From assembly GCA_963717065.1 (NCBI GenBank), contig CAVQVC010000001.1, positions 2,134,978 through 2,198,977 of the forward strand: a stretch of 64,000 bases of DNA, read 5' to 3'. Numbering within the stretch: position 1 is the first letter of the stretch; each line of letters starts with the position of its first letter. Origin of the DNA: an uncultured Chloroflexia bacterium (GTDB lineage: Bacteria; Chloroflexota; Dehalococcoidia; SM23-28-2; RBG-16-64-32). The notes below the pieces were generated by a model. It had not been told where the DNA came from. It searched no databases and saw only the letters and a list, made by a program, of their open reading frames with translations. A program made the position numbers and the translations under genes. Below, piece by piece: positions 1-9,226 of this stretch.

Positions 1-59
1 CAAGGGTCAAACCCCTCGAAATCCAGACGATTTTTGATTCAGTTCCGGTCGCGGCTCGT

Positions 60-1808
60 CTAGTCACCCGTACATTGTGGCCCAGGGTTACCGAACGCCC
101 GCGGCGCCGGTTGTCCACCCGGGCCATCGGGATCGAACATCGCCGGGTAGCCCGTTGCGCCGGCAATCAGCGCCGTCAGGTCCTGGAGGTTGATCCAGTT
201 CGCAAAGCCACCCGGCCCGGGAAGCAGGTCCCATCGCTTGTTGAAGTTCGCGTTTCCCGGACTCGTGTCGAACCGCCTCGGCGATGCCAGGAAGCTGGTG
301 AGATCCACCAAAGAGACCTTGTCGGTGCTGTCCGGCGTCGAGATGGAAACGAAGTCTAGCGGCCAGGAAGGACTGGGATCCGACAGGTTGCCGGCGCCGC
401 AGCGACCGACACTATTCGTGCCGATGTTGAACGCGCCTTCCGCGTAGGTACCGACCTGCGTACAGCCGTCGTTGATGAACGCGTCGGCATCGTCGTCGGC
501 CGCTCCCGTGCAGATGGACTCCGCCGGCCCCACTGCGGGGCAGCCATCGTTCACCATCGACTCACCCGAGAACGCGTCTTCGTTCGCGGACCCCGTGCAT
601 AGCGGCGTACCTGATTCAGCGGAGTCATCGAACCCGTCATTATCGTCGTCGGCATCGCTCACGTTCATCGTGCCGTCCCCGTCCATGTCGGGGTCGCACG
701 GATCTCCAAATTGATCGACGTCGACGTCCGACTGGCTCGGGTTCGAGACCGCGAAACAGTTGTCGTACACCCAGGCGTTCATGATCCCCATCACGTCGGG
801 GACCGGCGCTGTTGTGTTGTACTGTGTGTGGAGCCAGATCGTATCGCCCGGCTTTATCATGACGTTCGGCAGGCAGCCGGTCATCGACTCGATATGACCA
901 CTGTAGGATGGATTCCCCGGGTTGAGATCGATGTTGTCGGTGGGGTGAGCGCCGCTCGGAACCGGCGGCGAAGAGACCGTGGCAGGGGCAAACGTTGAGC
1001 CCATGGCGTATCCGCCGACTGCAGCGCACATTACAGGGCCCGATGTCGCGGTTGCACCCAGGGTTGCGGCCACGCTCACGCCCCAGTCATGCACGTGCCC
1101 GCCCATCATCATGATCTTCCCTTCCACGTCATCCGCCGTCTGACTCGGTACGCCGCCTGATGTCCAGCTCCAGTGGTCATCCTTGTATCCAACCGGCACC
1201 GCATACTCCGACGACCCGCAGTTTCCTTCGTCCAACCAGAGGTGTCGCATCGGCTTCAGGTTGTCGGCGCCCGGGTAGTACTTGAACGTCATCTTTAGCC
1301 GGAACGTCTTCTGGCTGGGGCTCACGTTGTGGATCATCACGTTCAGGTTCCAAAGGTAGGACGGGACGTTCGGCGGCAGGTAATAGCCATAACCCGGAAG
1401 GAAGGCAAGAGTCCCTCGCTCATCACCGGAGGCAAAGAAGCGGTCCCCCAGGCTGCCGAATTGAGTCCCGGCGCATGTGGCGTCGACGAGGGCCTGGTTG
1501 AAGATCACCATGTGGTGCAGCATCGCGCCCACGCTGTACGTTGCTTGCGTCCAGACCACTCCCGCGCCCGGGTCGCTGTCGTACTCCAGGTCGGGCGTAA
1601 CGCTTGTTATGTAGCAATCAGTACAGGGCTTCTGGACGTCGAAGTAGAGCGAACTCGGCTGGCTGAAGGCGGCCACGTCATAGTTTCCCCAGTAGACCGT
1701 CGTCGTCTGCTCGGAGGCCTCGGCCGGCGTCGCCGGGCCCTGGGTGCCCAGCACCACGAGCGCCATCGCAATCGCTCCGATAACGGAGGCCTTGATAAGC
1801 GTGCGCAT
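60..1808 (-). CDS. Secreted modular protein, paralog P1: PHM/DBH-like type-II copper monooxygenase-like N-domain + thrombospondin type-3 (TSP3) acidic repeats + conserved C-terminal module
   Basis: 582-aa ORF with signal peptide MRTLIKASVIGAIAMALVVLGTQGPATPAEA. His/Met pattern HHM(98-100), H160, HVH(238-240), M309. Acidic DxDxDG / DDDNDG repeats. C-terminal WPLDFVS..LVDLTSFLA..RWDL..INLQDLTALIA..RAFGNPGPQC is shared with ORFs 2694-4418, 50178-51797 and 51816-53294. Confidence 0.8.
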   Translation of the reverse strand: MRTLIKASVIGAIAMALVVLGTQGPATPAEASEQTTTVYWGNYDVAAFSQPSSLYFDVQKPCTDCYITSVTPDLEYDSDPGAGVVWTQATYSVGAMLHHMVIFNQALVDATCAGTQFGSLGDRFFASGDERGTLAFLPGYGYYLPPNVPSYLWNLNVMIHNVSPSQKTFRLKMTFKYYPGADNLKPMRHLWLDEGNCGSSEYAVPVGYKDDHWSWTSGGVPSQTADDVEGKIMMMGGHVHDWGVSVAATLGATATSGPVMCAAVGGYAMGSTFAPATVSSPPVPSGAHPTDNIDLNPGNPSYSGHIESMTGCLPNVMIKPGDTIWLHTQYNTTAPVPDVMGIMNAWVYDNCFAVSNPSQSDVDVDQFGDPCDPDMDGDGTMNVSDADDDNDGFDDSAESGTPLCTGSANEDAFSGESMVNDGCPAVGPAESICTGAADDDADAFINDGCTQVGTYAEGAFNIGTNSVGRCGAGNLSDPSPSWPLDFVSISTPDSTDKVSLVDLTSFLASPRRFDTSPGNANFNKRWDLLPGPGGFANWINLQDLTALIAGATGYPAMFDPDGPGGQPAPRAFGNPGPQCTGD

Positions 1809-1821
1809 AGCCGAACCCCTT

Positions 1822-2610
1822 CTAGCCGCCGGCGTGATGATCTGGCGGCACCGGCGCCCTCGAGGACGCCTCGCCTTCTCCCCCTCTGTGGGTTAAAGGT
1901 TTTGCGGCCGGGATTCGCCAGGGCATCCCGATCGTTAGCAGCCCAGTCCCGGCCAGCAGCGCAGCCAGACCCAGGTAGACGAGAGCAATTGGCCCACCGG
2001 CATCCGTCCTCCCCCCAGCTGCGGGCACAGAACGTGGCCCGCTTGCTGTCCGCTGCACCGCGGCCGCGCCTGCCGTCTGTCCCTGTGATGCAGTCGCTGG
2101 TGCGGTGGACGAGTTCTGCGCCGCCGGTTGGGCCGGCGCCGCGGTTGGTGCGGGCGCCGTAGGGGCATCCCAGGCCCCCCCGTTACAGTTCAAGCCGCCC
2201 ACAGTCTTGCCGGCGGCATCGAGCAAGCGCACGTAATCAGGGGGATCGCCCGAGTCACGGAGGACCTCGTCGTTTGTCCACAGGTACAAGCCCTCGTTCG
2301 GCAGGCTTACCCCATGAGCTCCGGCCGCGACAACGATCTGCTCGCCTGGATCGAGGATTCCGGCCTGCGTCAGCGACATCTGCTGGCTGGCCTCCGGGTC
2401 GCTTCGAAGCTGCCAGCCCGCGAGGTCCTGGGCGGCGTCTCCATTGTTCGTGATGTATACGAGGTCGAACAGCTGGGGATGCCTGGCGCAATCTATGGCA
2501 GTGACCTGCACGGACGCCGCCGCGTGCGCGGGATTGCCGGAACCAATACCAGCGACAACAAGGATCACCGCCGCAACGGCGATCAAGAGATGGTTGCGCC
2601 GCGTTGTCAC
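1822..2610 (-). CDS. Lamin-tail-domain (LTD)-like secreted/anchored protein
   Basis: 262-aa ORF with N-terminal hydrophobic signal LLIAVAAVILVVAGIG. Core VYITNNGDAAQDLAGWQLRSD..GEQIVVAAG..LWTNDEVLRDSGDPPDYVRLLDAAGKTV fits the LTD pattern. Ala/Pro-rich linker and C-terminal hydrophobic helix PIALVYLGLAALLAGTGLLTIG. Lies 13 nt upstream of P1 on the same strand. Confidence 0.65.
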   Translation of the reverse strand: MTTRRNHLLIAVAAVILVVAGIGSGNPAHAAASVQVTAIDCARHPQLFDLVYITNNGDAAQDLAGWQLRSDPEASQQMSLTQAGILDPGEQIVVAAGAHGVSLPNEGLYLWTNDEVLRDSGDPPDYVRLLDAAGKTVGGLNCNGGAWDAPTAPAPTAAPAQPAAQNSSTAPATASQGQTAGAAAVQRTASGPRSVPAAGGRTDAGGPIALVYLGLAALLAGTGLLTIGMPWRIPAAKPLTHRGGEGEASSRAPVPPDHHAGG

Positions 2611-2693
2611 TCGTTCATGCCCCGCCTGGACACATCATTCTAGCACGCGGGGCCCACTCTCAGCCGACGACTCTGAATAGGTTCTGCCGCGCC

Positions 2694-4418
2694 CTATGGT
2701 GGATCCGTGCACTGTGGTCCCGGACTGCCAAATGCCCTGTTCGGCGGGCCTCCAAACATCGGCGGCGAAGCCGTCTGGCTGGCGGCGGCGATCATTGCCG
2801 TGAAATCAGTTAGCCCGATCCATGTCGGAGCGCCGCCGGGCACAAGGTCCCAACGCATATTGAAATCAACGTGCCCAGGACTCGTACCGAACTTCCGTGG
2901 CATGGCCACGAAGCTCGTAAGGTCCTGGAGCGTGATCCTGTCCTGCGTGTTGGGAGTCCCCACCGAAACGAAGTCCAGCGGCCAGGCGTTGCTGATCGCC
3001 GGGACAGCGCCCACGCCGCAACGGCCCAGCGATGCCGTCCCGACATTGAACGAACCCTCCGAATACGTCATGACCTGCGGGCAGCCGTCGTTGATGCGGC
3101 CATCCCCGTCGTTGTCGATCATGTCGATACAGTTCCCCTCCGCACCCCCCACCGCCGGGCATCCGTCATTGGTGAACATGTCATCTGAAAGGCCACTGTT
3201 GTCGTCGTTCACGGCGTTAGCGCAGAGGGGCGTCCCGGCCTCGGCCTCATCTGCAAACCCATCACCATCGTCTTCGAGGTCGCACGCGTCGCCTTGGGTG
3301 TCCCCGTCGTAGTTCTGCTGGCCGTTGTTGGGCACCGACGGACAGTTGTCGACGATATCGGCAATCCCATCGCCGTCGGTATCAGTTGTGCTACAACCGG
3401 GATCGCCGAAGTCCACAAGCGTGTCCCCATCGTTATCGACGACATCAGCGCAGTCGTCGCCGCCAGCCACGCCGTTCGTGTTGCCAGACGGCCCTTCCGT
3501 GTCGCAGGCGTTGCCGAAGGCGTCGCTGTCGGCGTTGGCCTGGGTCGGATTCGCCGTATTCGGACAGTTGTCCGTACCCGTGCAACCTGCCGGACCACCG
3601 CTCGGAGCCATCGGATTACACACGCCATCGCCGTCGCCATCGACCTGGGCGTTCGAGCAACCGTTTGAGTCGACTGCCGTGGCAGGGGGCGTCCCCGGAC
3701 AGAGGTCGTTGACGTTCAGCACGCCATCATCATCAAGGTCGTCGTCTATGACCACACCACCCTGCTGGTTGGCGTTGTTGCGGGGCATCGGGCTGCTGAC
3801 GATCTCATAGTCACCGTTGTTGCCCTCGAACCCCATGCCGCACCCCATCACGACATCGAAGCACGCCGGCTTAATTTGCAAAGCCTGGTTCATAGAAGTC
3901 GGCAGGTCACCGCTGAACACCGGTGGATAGTCCACCGTGCCCGTGTAGTTGCCCATGCCGCTGCCACCGTACGCCACCGAATCGTAATAGGCCCCGGCGC
4001 CCTGGCAGCCACCACCGCCGATCGGTCCAAACGCCACCTTGCCGTCCGGGGCCATGATGCCTGTCGGCATGATGAAGTCTGGGGAGCCGGCCGACCAGGC
4101 CGCGTCGAAAGCTGACGTCCCGATCAGTATCGAGGCGGCTGTTGCCCCGTTCGACATTGGCCCGGTAGAGAGGGTATAGGTTCCCGTTTCCGTTCCGCTG
4201 GCGTTGAAGAAGTGCAGCTGCGAGCCAGTGGTGAACACCTGCCCGCCGATCGACATTCGCAGTTCAACATACTGGATGCTGGTGTCGCCGCTGAGGCCGC
4301 CCATGACCCCATATACGCGCATACAGTGGATAGCGCCGAAGGCTGGTTGACTGTTTCCCAGCACACCCAGCAAAGAGACTACTACGGCAAGGACAGCGAG
4401 CAGTCCAAAGCTCTTCAA
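2694..4418 (-). CDS. Secreted modular protein, paralog P2: LTD-like N-domain + canonical TSP3 repeats + conserved C-terminal module
   Basis: 574-aa ORF with signal peptide MKSFGLLAVLAVVVSLLGVLGNSQPAFGA. N-domain IQYVELR..ILIGTSAF..APDGKVAF..YDSVAYGG. TSP3 repeats DNCPNTANPTQANADSDAFGNACD and DNCPSVPNNGQQNYDGDTQGDACD. C-terminal [48 protein letters not shown]. Confidence 0.85.
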   Translation of the reverse strand: MKSFGLLAVLAVVVSLLGVLGNSQPAFGAIHCMRVYGVMGGLSGDTSIQYVELRMSIGGQVFTTGSQLHFFNASGTETGTYTLSTGPMSNGATAASILIGTSAFDAAWSAGSPDFIMPTGIMAPDGKVAFGPIGGGGCQGAGAYYDSVAYGGSGMGNYTGTVDYPPVFSGDLPTSMNQALQIKPACFDVVMGCGMGFEGNNGDYEIVSSPMPRNNANQQGGVVIDDDLDDDGVLNVNDLCPGTPPATAVDSNGCSNAQVDGDGDGVCNPMAPSGGPAGCTGTDNCPNTANPTQANADSDAFGNACDTEGPSGNTNGVAGGDDCADVVDNDGDTLVDFGDPGCSTTDTDGDGIADIVDNCPSVPNNGQQNYDGDTQGDACDLEDDGDGFADEAEAGTPLCANAVNDDNSGLSDDMFTNDGCPAVGGAEGNCIDMIDNDGDGRINDGCPQVMTYSEGSFNVGTASLGRCGVGAVPAISNAWPLDFVSVGTPNTQDRITLQDLTSFVAMPRKFGTSPGHVDFNMRWDLVPGGAPTWIGLTDFTAMIAAASQTASPPMFGGPPNRAFGSPGPQCTDPP

Positions 4419-4478
4419 GCGGCACCCCCTTGGCTCACGGTTAAGCCGTTCCCCTCAACGGCCGGGCCGATGCACCGA

Positions 4479-4506
4479 ATTATATGGTCGGCGCGAAGTT
4501 TGTCAA
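4479..4506 (-). promoter_or_regulatory. Near-consensus sigma70-type promoter (TTGACA-N16-TATAAT) for the P2-LTD-P1 operon
   Basis: The minus strand reads ttgacaaacttcgcgccgaccatataat, about 60 nt upstream of the P2 start codon. It sits in a lower-GC intergenic gap. Confidence 0.55.
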
Positions 4507-4573
4507 CTGATGTACGAACGAAACTGCGTTTTGGCTCTCAACAAAGTGGAGAATTTTCTTCCAAGTTTGCGCC

Positions 4574-5104
4574 TCAGGCGAAACCCATCTCTATCTCGTG
4601 GGCCGGAATGAACTTCCGCCACCCCTCCTGGGACTCCAGGTACGGGTAGAAGCTCCTGAAGAAGCTGTACGTCGGGCGATATGGCTCCTTCGGTAGGTGC
4701 ATGTGTGCCTCGGTTGGTGTCCGCCCCGCCTTGCTGTGGTTGCACGGCTTGCAGGCCGCGACAACGTTCTCCCAGCTGTGGCCCCCGCCGCGGTGGCGCG
4801 GCAGCACGTGGTCCAGCGTCAGGTCACGCGTCTGCTTCCCGCAGTACTGGCAGGTGAAGCGGTCCCGGAGGAAGACGTCGCGCCTGGTGAGCCGTCCCTG
4901 GGGACGAGGGCGCCGGATGAGGTAGATCAGCCGGATTACCGAGGGGATCTCGAAAATGGCGGTTGAGCTGTGCAAGTATCCGCGGCCGTTTTCAATGGTT
5001 TCCGCCTTACCGCGGTCAAGCAGGACGAATGCCCTGCGTACATTACATACGTTCAGGGGCTCGTAGTTCTGGTTCAGTACTAGTACAGGTAGAGCTGGCC
5101 CCAA
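4574..5104 (-). CDS. HNH endonuclease family protein
   Basis: 176-aa ORF with CQYCGKQTRDLTLDHVLPRHRGGGHSWENVVAACKPCNHSKAGR (Cys pairs plus H-N-H core). The N-terminal VLVLNQNYEPLNV region is typical of this small HNH family. Confidence 0.85.
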   Translation of the reverse strand: MGPALPVLVLNQNYEPLNVCNVRRAFVLLDRGKAETIENGRGYLHSSTAIFEIPSVIRLIYLIRRPRPQGRLTRRDVFLRDRFTCQYCGKQTRDLTLDHVLPRHRGGGHSWENVVAACKPCNHSKAGRTPTEAHMHLPKEPYRPTYSFFRSFYPYLESQEGWRKFIPAHEIEMGFA

Positions 5105-5203
5105 TTTGCATCACCACGTAGGCCCATACTAGCAGAGCGGTTATAACCCCTGCAATCCTGACATTTGCTCGCTGGTTGACCGTTATGGATTGCCAGTTGA
5201 CGA

Positions 5204-5707
5204 CTAGGAACCGAGAAACGCGCTCACACGATCGTCGAAGTCGCTGGGAAGCAGTGTGAGTACGAAATCGACATCATCGATAAACAGCGGCGCCAGCACT
5301 GAACCGTGCACCGCGTTGTCCAGACCCAATCCGGGATACGCAGCGAAGACAAGAAGCAGCACTTCCACAAGGATCAGCCCCTTAAGGAACCCGAAGAAGG
5401 CTCCTCCCACGTGGTCCACCCACCCCAACTGGATCAGCGACACACCCTTCTTCAGCATGTACGCGATGATCTGGCCCATCAGCACAACGGACCCCAGCAG
5501 CACAAGGAACGACACCGCGAGCGCCGCATCATCGTCACCGATGAAGACCAGCACCTCTTTCTCGAAGTCCTGATACAGCAGCCCCGCGACGATGACGCCG
5601 ACGATCAGCGCCAGAAACGTGATCACTTCACGTATCAGCCCCGCCGAGTAGGCGGTGATCACGAAGCTAACGACCACCGCTATGATCAGAAAGTCCAGCC
5701 AGTTCAA
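5204..5707 (-). CDS. cvpA: CvpA family membrane protein
   Basis: 167-aa ORF. MNWLDFLIIAVVVSFVITAYSAGLIREVITFLALIVGVIVAGLLY plus further TM helices match the CvpA/colicin V production protein architecture. Confidence 0.75.
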   Translation of the reverse strand: MNWLDFLIIAVVVSFVITAYSAGLIREVITFLALIVGVIVAGLLYQDFEKEVLVFIGDDDAALAVSFLVLLGSVVLMGQIIAYMLKKGVSLIQLGWVDHVGGAFFGFLKGLILVEVLLLVFAAYPGLGLDNAVHGSVLAPLFIDDVDFVLTLLPSDFDDRVSAFLGS

Positions 5708-5796
5708 GCGCCGGCCCGAATCAAGTGCGCGTGGCTGGTTGCCGCCGAGATGCTTCGTGGCGCTTCGCGGCGATGCGGGGGTCCATGCCCCCTATC

Positions 5797-6819
5797 TTAT
5801 TGCAGGCGCAGCTTTGTCCACACCGGCAGGTGGTTCGACAGCTCGCCCCAAATGTCCTTGCTCCCAATGCCGCCGCCCAGAAGAGTCACCCCTCGCCCGA
5901 CGATCAGGTCGATTGCCACGCCGGACCGTGTCGTGACCCGGTCCTCAACTGGAAGTGCCGCGTGCGCATCGACGTAGCCGCGCTGGATCAGCGCCTGCGT
6001 TACGGGATCATCGCTCGTTTCAGCGCGAAGGTCATCGATGTAGCGCACGCAGTTCAGGTCTCCGCCCGCGATAACGCCGAACGGCTGTCGTAGTCCGTCC
6101 TCCGCTACCTCCGCCGATTGCGCAGACCGATATTCGTCTTCTTGCCGGGACTCCAGGTGCAGAGAATACAGGTGAAGGTACCGCTCTCCAATCTTCACAT
6201 CGGCCGCCAGCGCCATCCGGCCGCCCATCCGGGGCTCGCCCACCCTCAGCAGTCGCTGCCACCACGAGTACCAGCTCAGGTTCTTCTCGTGCCGGATAAG
6301 CCGCACATTCCCCAGGGGATACCGCGACAGAACAGCATTCCCGTGCTCGCAGCGGGAGCTCAGCCTGCCGCCGCCGGGACCCCAAAACCTTGGCAGTTCG
6401 ATGAACTCGACGCCGTAGACGTAGCACATACCCAGAGCCTTCGCGTATTCGCGTACCACGCTGCCCCAGCCACTTCTCTCGCATCCACGGTCCACCTCAT
6501 TCAACAGGAGGACGTCCGGATCCGGTATCGACGGGTCGCTCGAGAGCATCTCGATCTGCTCGGCCGCCCGCAGTCCCCGCTCGACGTTGTACGCGAGCAC
6601 CGTAATCTCGTCCTGAGGGGCGGCTTCGGCGGCGAACGATTCACCTTCGATCGTACAGTCGATCCGGACCCGGTCCGGGACCGGTGACGCGCAGAGCCTG
6701 TCCCGGCGCGGGTCGGGCGGGTCTGGTTGCCACGGGAACTCTACGAACTCGTATGCCATCACTCTTGCCATCGCCGATTGTACGCCAGAGCCCGCTCGCT
6801 TCCGCCTTAGGCCGAGCAC
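5797..6819 (-). CDS. Endonuclease/exonuclease/phosphatase (EEP) family protein (start uncertain; internal Met at about 6771 is plausible)
   Basis: 340-aa ORF with VLAYNVERG..LLLNEVD..GNAVLSRYPL..GGDLN..SNHLPVW, the EEP catalytic motif series. Confidence 0.75.
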   Translation of the reverse strand: MLGLRRKRAGSGVQSAMARVMAYEFVEFPWQPDPPDPRRDRLCASPVPDRVRIDCTIEGESFAAEAAPQDEITVLAYNVERGLRAAEQIEMLSSDPSIPDPDVLLLNEVDRGCERSGWGSVVREYAKALGMCYVYGVEFIELPRFWGPGGGRLSSRCEHGNAVLSRYPLGNVRLIRHEKNLSWYSWWQRLLRVGEPRMGGRMALAADVKIGERYLHLYSLHLESRQEDEYRSAQSAEVAEDGLRQPFGVIAGGDLNCVRYIDDLRAETSDDPVTQALIQRGYVDAHAALPVEDRVTTRSGVAIDLIVGRGVTLLGGGIGSKDIWGELSNHLPVWTKLRLQ

Positions 6820-6835
6820 CCTCTATCCTGAAGTC

Positions 6836-7663
6836 GTGGAAGACGTCCTCCGAGCCATTGTCCTGGGCATCGTACAGGGCCTCACGGAGTTTCTTCCCAT
6901 CTCGTCCTCCGGTCACCTCATTCTCACGCGCGAGCTTCTCGGCTGGGACTTCGCCGACGACCTCACTTTCGACGTGGCCATCCACATGGGCACCCTCGCC
7001 GCCGTCCTTGTGTACTTCTGGAACGAATGGGTGCTCATGGCCCGAGGCGCACTGAATTGGATCGGAGGGGACCGCGAGCCCCACGTCGGTCAGCCCTACG
7101 ACGCCCGCCTGCTGGGGATCATTCTGGTCGGGTCGATCCCCGTCGGCATCCTCGGTTTCGCTCTCGACTCCCTGGCGGAAGACAAGGTACGGACGTTGGG
7201 GGTATTCGGGGTCGCGATGATCATCGGTGCTCTCGTTCTCTGGGCGGCGGAAAGGTACGCGAAACACCTCCGGAAGATAGAGGACGCCAACGTGCGAGAT
7301 GGACTCATCGTTGGCAGCGCGCAGGCCCTCGCTCTGTTCCCCGGCGTCTCCCGTTCCGGCGCCACGATATCGGCCAGCCTGTTCGATGGCTTCGACCGGC
7401 GCGACGCGGCACGTTTTTCTTTCATACTGTCGACTCCGGCCATCGCCGGCGCCGGGCTCTACAAGGGCGCCCAGGCCATCACCGAGGGGCTCCCCTCGAG
7501 TGAGATACCGGCAATCATCGCGGGCACGATCACGGCCGGTATCGTCGGCTGGCTGGCGATTAGCTTCCTCTTGCGCTTTCTCCAGACACGCACCTACCTC
7601 CCATTCGTCGTCTACCGTCTCGTCGTCGGCGCGCTCGTCCTCGCCATCATCTTCGTGAACTGA
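6836..7663 (+). CDS. uppP: Undecaprenyl-diphosphate phosphatase
   Basis: 275-aa ORF (GTG start) with GIVQGLTEFLPISSSGHLIL and PGVSRSGATI, the BacA/UppP signature motifs. Multiple TM helices. Confidence 0.9.
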   Translation: MEDVLRAIVLGIVQGLTEFLPISSSGHLILTRELLGWDFADDLTFDVAIHMGTLAAVLVYFWNEWVLMARGALNWIGGDREPHVGQPYDARLLGIILVGSIPVGILGFALDSLAEDKVRTLGVFGVAMIIGALVLWAAERYAKHLRKIEDANVRDGLIVGSAQALALFPGVSRSGATISASLFDGFDRRDAARFSFILSTPAIAGAGLYKGAQAITEGLPSSEIPAIIAGTITAGIVGWLAISFLLRFLQTRTYLPFVVYRLVVGALVLAIIFVN

Positions 7664-7807
7664 CCACACTCCGAAATCGTATCTACCTGCGCATGACCCT
7701 GCGGAGCCGGATGCTACAATACGCCCTACCCTGATCTGGAGGTCCCCAAAATCGACGAATCCCGCCTGAGAGACCTGCTCGAATCACTCGAGCGCGGCGC
7801 TACCAAC

Positions 7808-8527
7808 GTGGACGACGTCCTCGCGCGCCTTCGCGACCTTCCCTACGAAGACATCGGCTTCGCCGAGCTGGACCATCACCGCGCGCTCCGCAAAGGCTTC
7901 CCGGAGGTGGTCCTGGGGCAGGGCAAGACGCCCGAGCAAATCGCCGTCATCGCTGAAAAAATCGCCGCGCACGGCGACCGCCTCCTCATCACGAGGGCCG
8001 GCCTCGAGGCCTACACGGCCGTCAAGGGCAAGGTCCCGGATGCCGCGTATCATGCTTCCGCACGGGCGATCACACTGGACCGCTCCCGGGAACCGAAGCT
8101 TCCGGGCGTCGCCGTCTGCTGCGCCGGCACGTCCGACCTTCCAGTAGCAGAGGAGGCCGCCGTCACCGCCGAACTCGCCGGAAGCGCCGTCGAGCGCCTC
8201 TACGACGTCGGCGTGGCGGGTCTCCACCGTCTGCTGGACAAGATGGGCTCCTTGCGCGCCGCCAACGCGCTCGTAGTGGTGGCCGGAATGGAGGGCGCTC
8301 TGCCAAGCGTTGTCGCCGGCCTCGTCGCGGCGCCAATCGTTGCCGTGCCAACGTCTATCGGCTACGGCGCCAGCTTCCGGGGACTGGCACCGCTCCTCGC
8401 TATGCTCAACTCCTGCGCTCCCGGGGTCGCCGTCGTCAACATCGACAACGGGTTCGGCGCCGGATACCTCGCCGCCGTGATCAACCGCCAGGCCTGGTTG
8501 CGGCCGGACGGCGAGGGCGGCGAATGA
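7808..8527 (+). CDS. larB: Nickel-pincer cofactor biosynthesis protein LarB (PurE-like carboxylase/hydrolase)
   Basis: 239-aa ORF with FAELDHHRALRKGFPEVVLGQGKTPEQI, a PurE-like fold (VAVCCAGTSDLPVAEEA) and VVVAGMEGALPSVVAGL. The frame is open upstream to 7697 with LarB-like sequence (LRDLLESLERGATN) but no canonical start, so the true start may be further 5-prime. Confidence 0.8.
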   Translation: MDDVLARLRDLPYEDIGFAELDHHRALRKGFPEVVLGQGKTPEQIAVIAEKIAAHGDRLLITRAGLEAYTAVKGKVPDAAYHASARAITLDRSREPKLPGVAVCCAGTSDLPVAEEAAVTAELAGSAVERLYDVGVAGLHRLLDKMGSLRAANALVVVAGMEGALPSVVAGLVAAPIVAVPTSIGYGASFRGLAPLLAMLNSCAPGVAVVNIDNGFGAGYLAAVINRQAWLRPDGEGGE

Positions 8528-9222
8528 CGGCCCTCCGCCTCCTCCTCGTATCGCTAGCTCTCGCGTTGATCGTTGCAGCCGCCTGCAATGGCGACGACGG
8601 TGATGGGAACGGCAGCGACGACACTGAAGCCACTTTGCAGCTGATGGTGCTGCAACCGGACGAGATCCCGCCGGGCCTCGCCAGCCTGGGTGGCTCCTCC
8701 TCGGACAATGAAGAGGCGGCCAGCGGCCTGGGCAGCGGGCCCACGAAGGAGCAACTCGACGCCTGGGGCCGCATCCTGGGATACCAGGTTGGCTACCAGG
8801 CCACGGAGCCATCCAACGCCTCGTTCATAACCGCCCTCAGCACTGCCGCCAGCCTTTACGAGACCGAACAGGGTGCGTCCGATTCCTTCACCGACCGCGT
8901 CACGCGCGCCCGCGCCGCCGACTGGCAGACCTCGCACTCCGAGCTCACAGACTTCCAGCAGCAAGAGATAGACCGCGACTTCGGCGCAGACGACGCGTAC
9001 TGGCTCCGTCTCAGCGGCTTCCAGCAGACGGCGGCCGGCGTCACGCGCCTGATCACCGACGACCAGATAGTCTTTCGCATCGGCCGCTCCTGGGGATACC
9101 TGAACGTCATCAGCACAGCTGCGCCGGGCGTCGATGACCGCGAAGTCCTCCTCGCGGAGGTCGAGACGCTCACTCTCACGCAGATCGAGAACATGCGTGC
9201 GGGCCTCGACTCTCTGGACTAG
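8524..9222 (+). CDS. Hypothetical lipoprotein between larB and larC
   Basis: 232-aa ORF with lipobox-type signal MTALRLLLVSLALALIVAAAC. Its ATG overlaps the larB stop (ATGA). It ends 4 nt before the larC ATG. Confidence 0.6.
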   Translation: MTALRLLLVSLALALIVAAACNGDDGDGNGSDDTEATLQLMVLQPDEIPPGLASLGGSSSDNEEAASGLGSGPTKEQLDAWGRILGYQVGYQATEPSNASFITALSTAASLYETEQGASDSFTDRVTRARAADWQTSHSELTDFQQQEIDRDFGADDAYWLRLSGFQQTAAGVTRLITDDQIVFRIGRSWGYLNVISTAAPGVDDREVLLAEVETLTLTQIENMRAGLDSLD

Positions 9223-9226
9223 ATGT

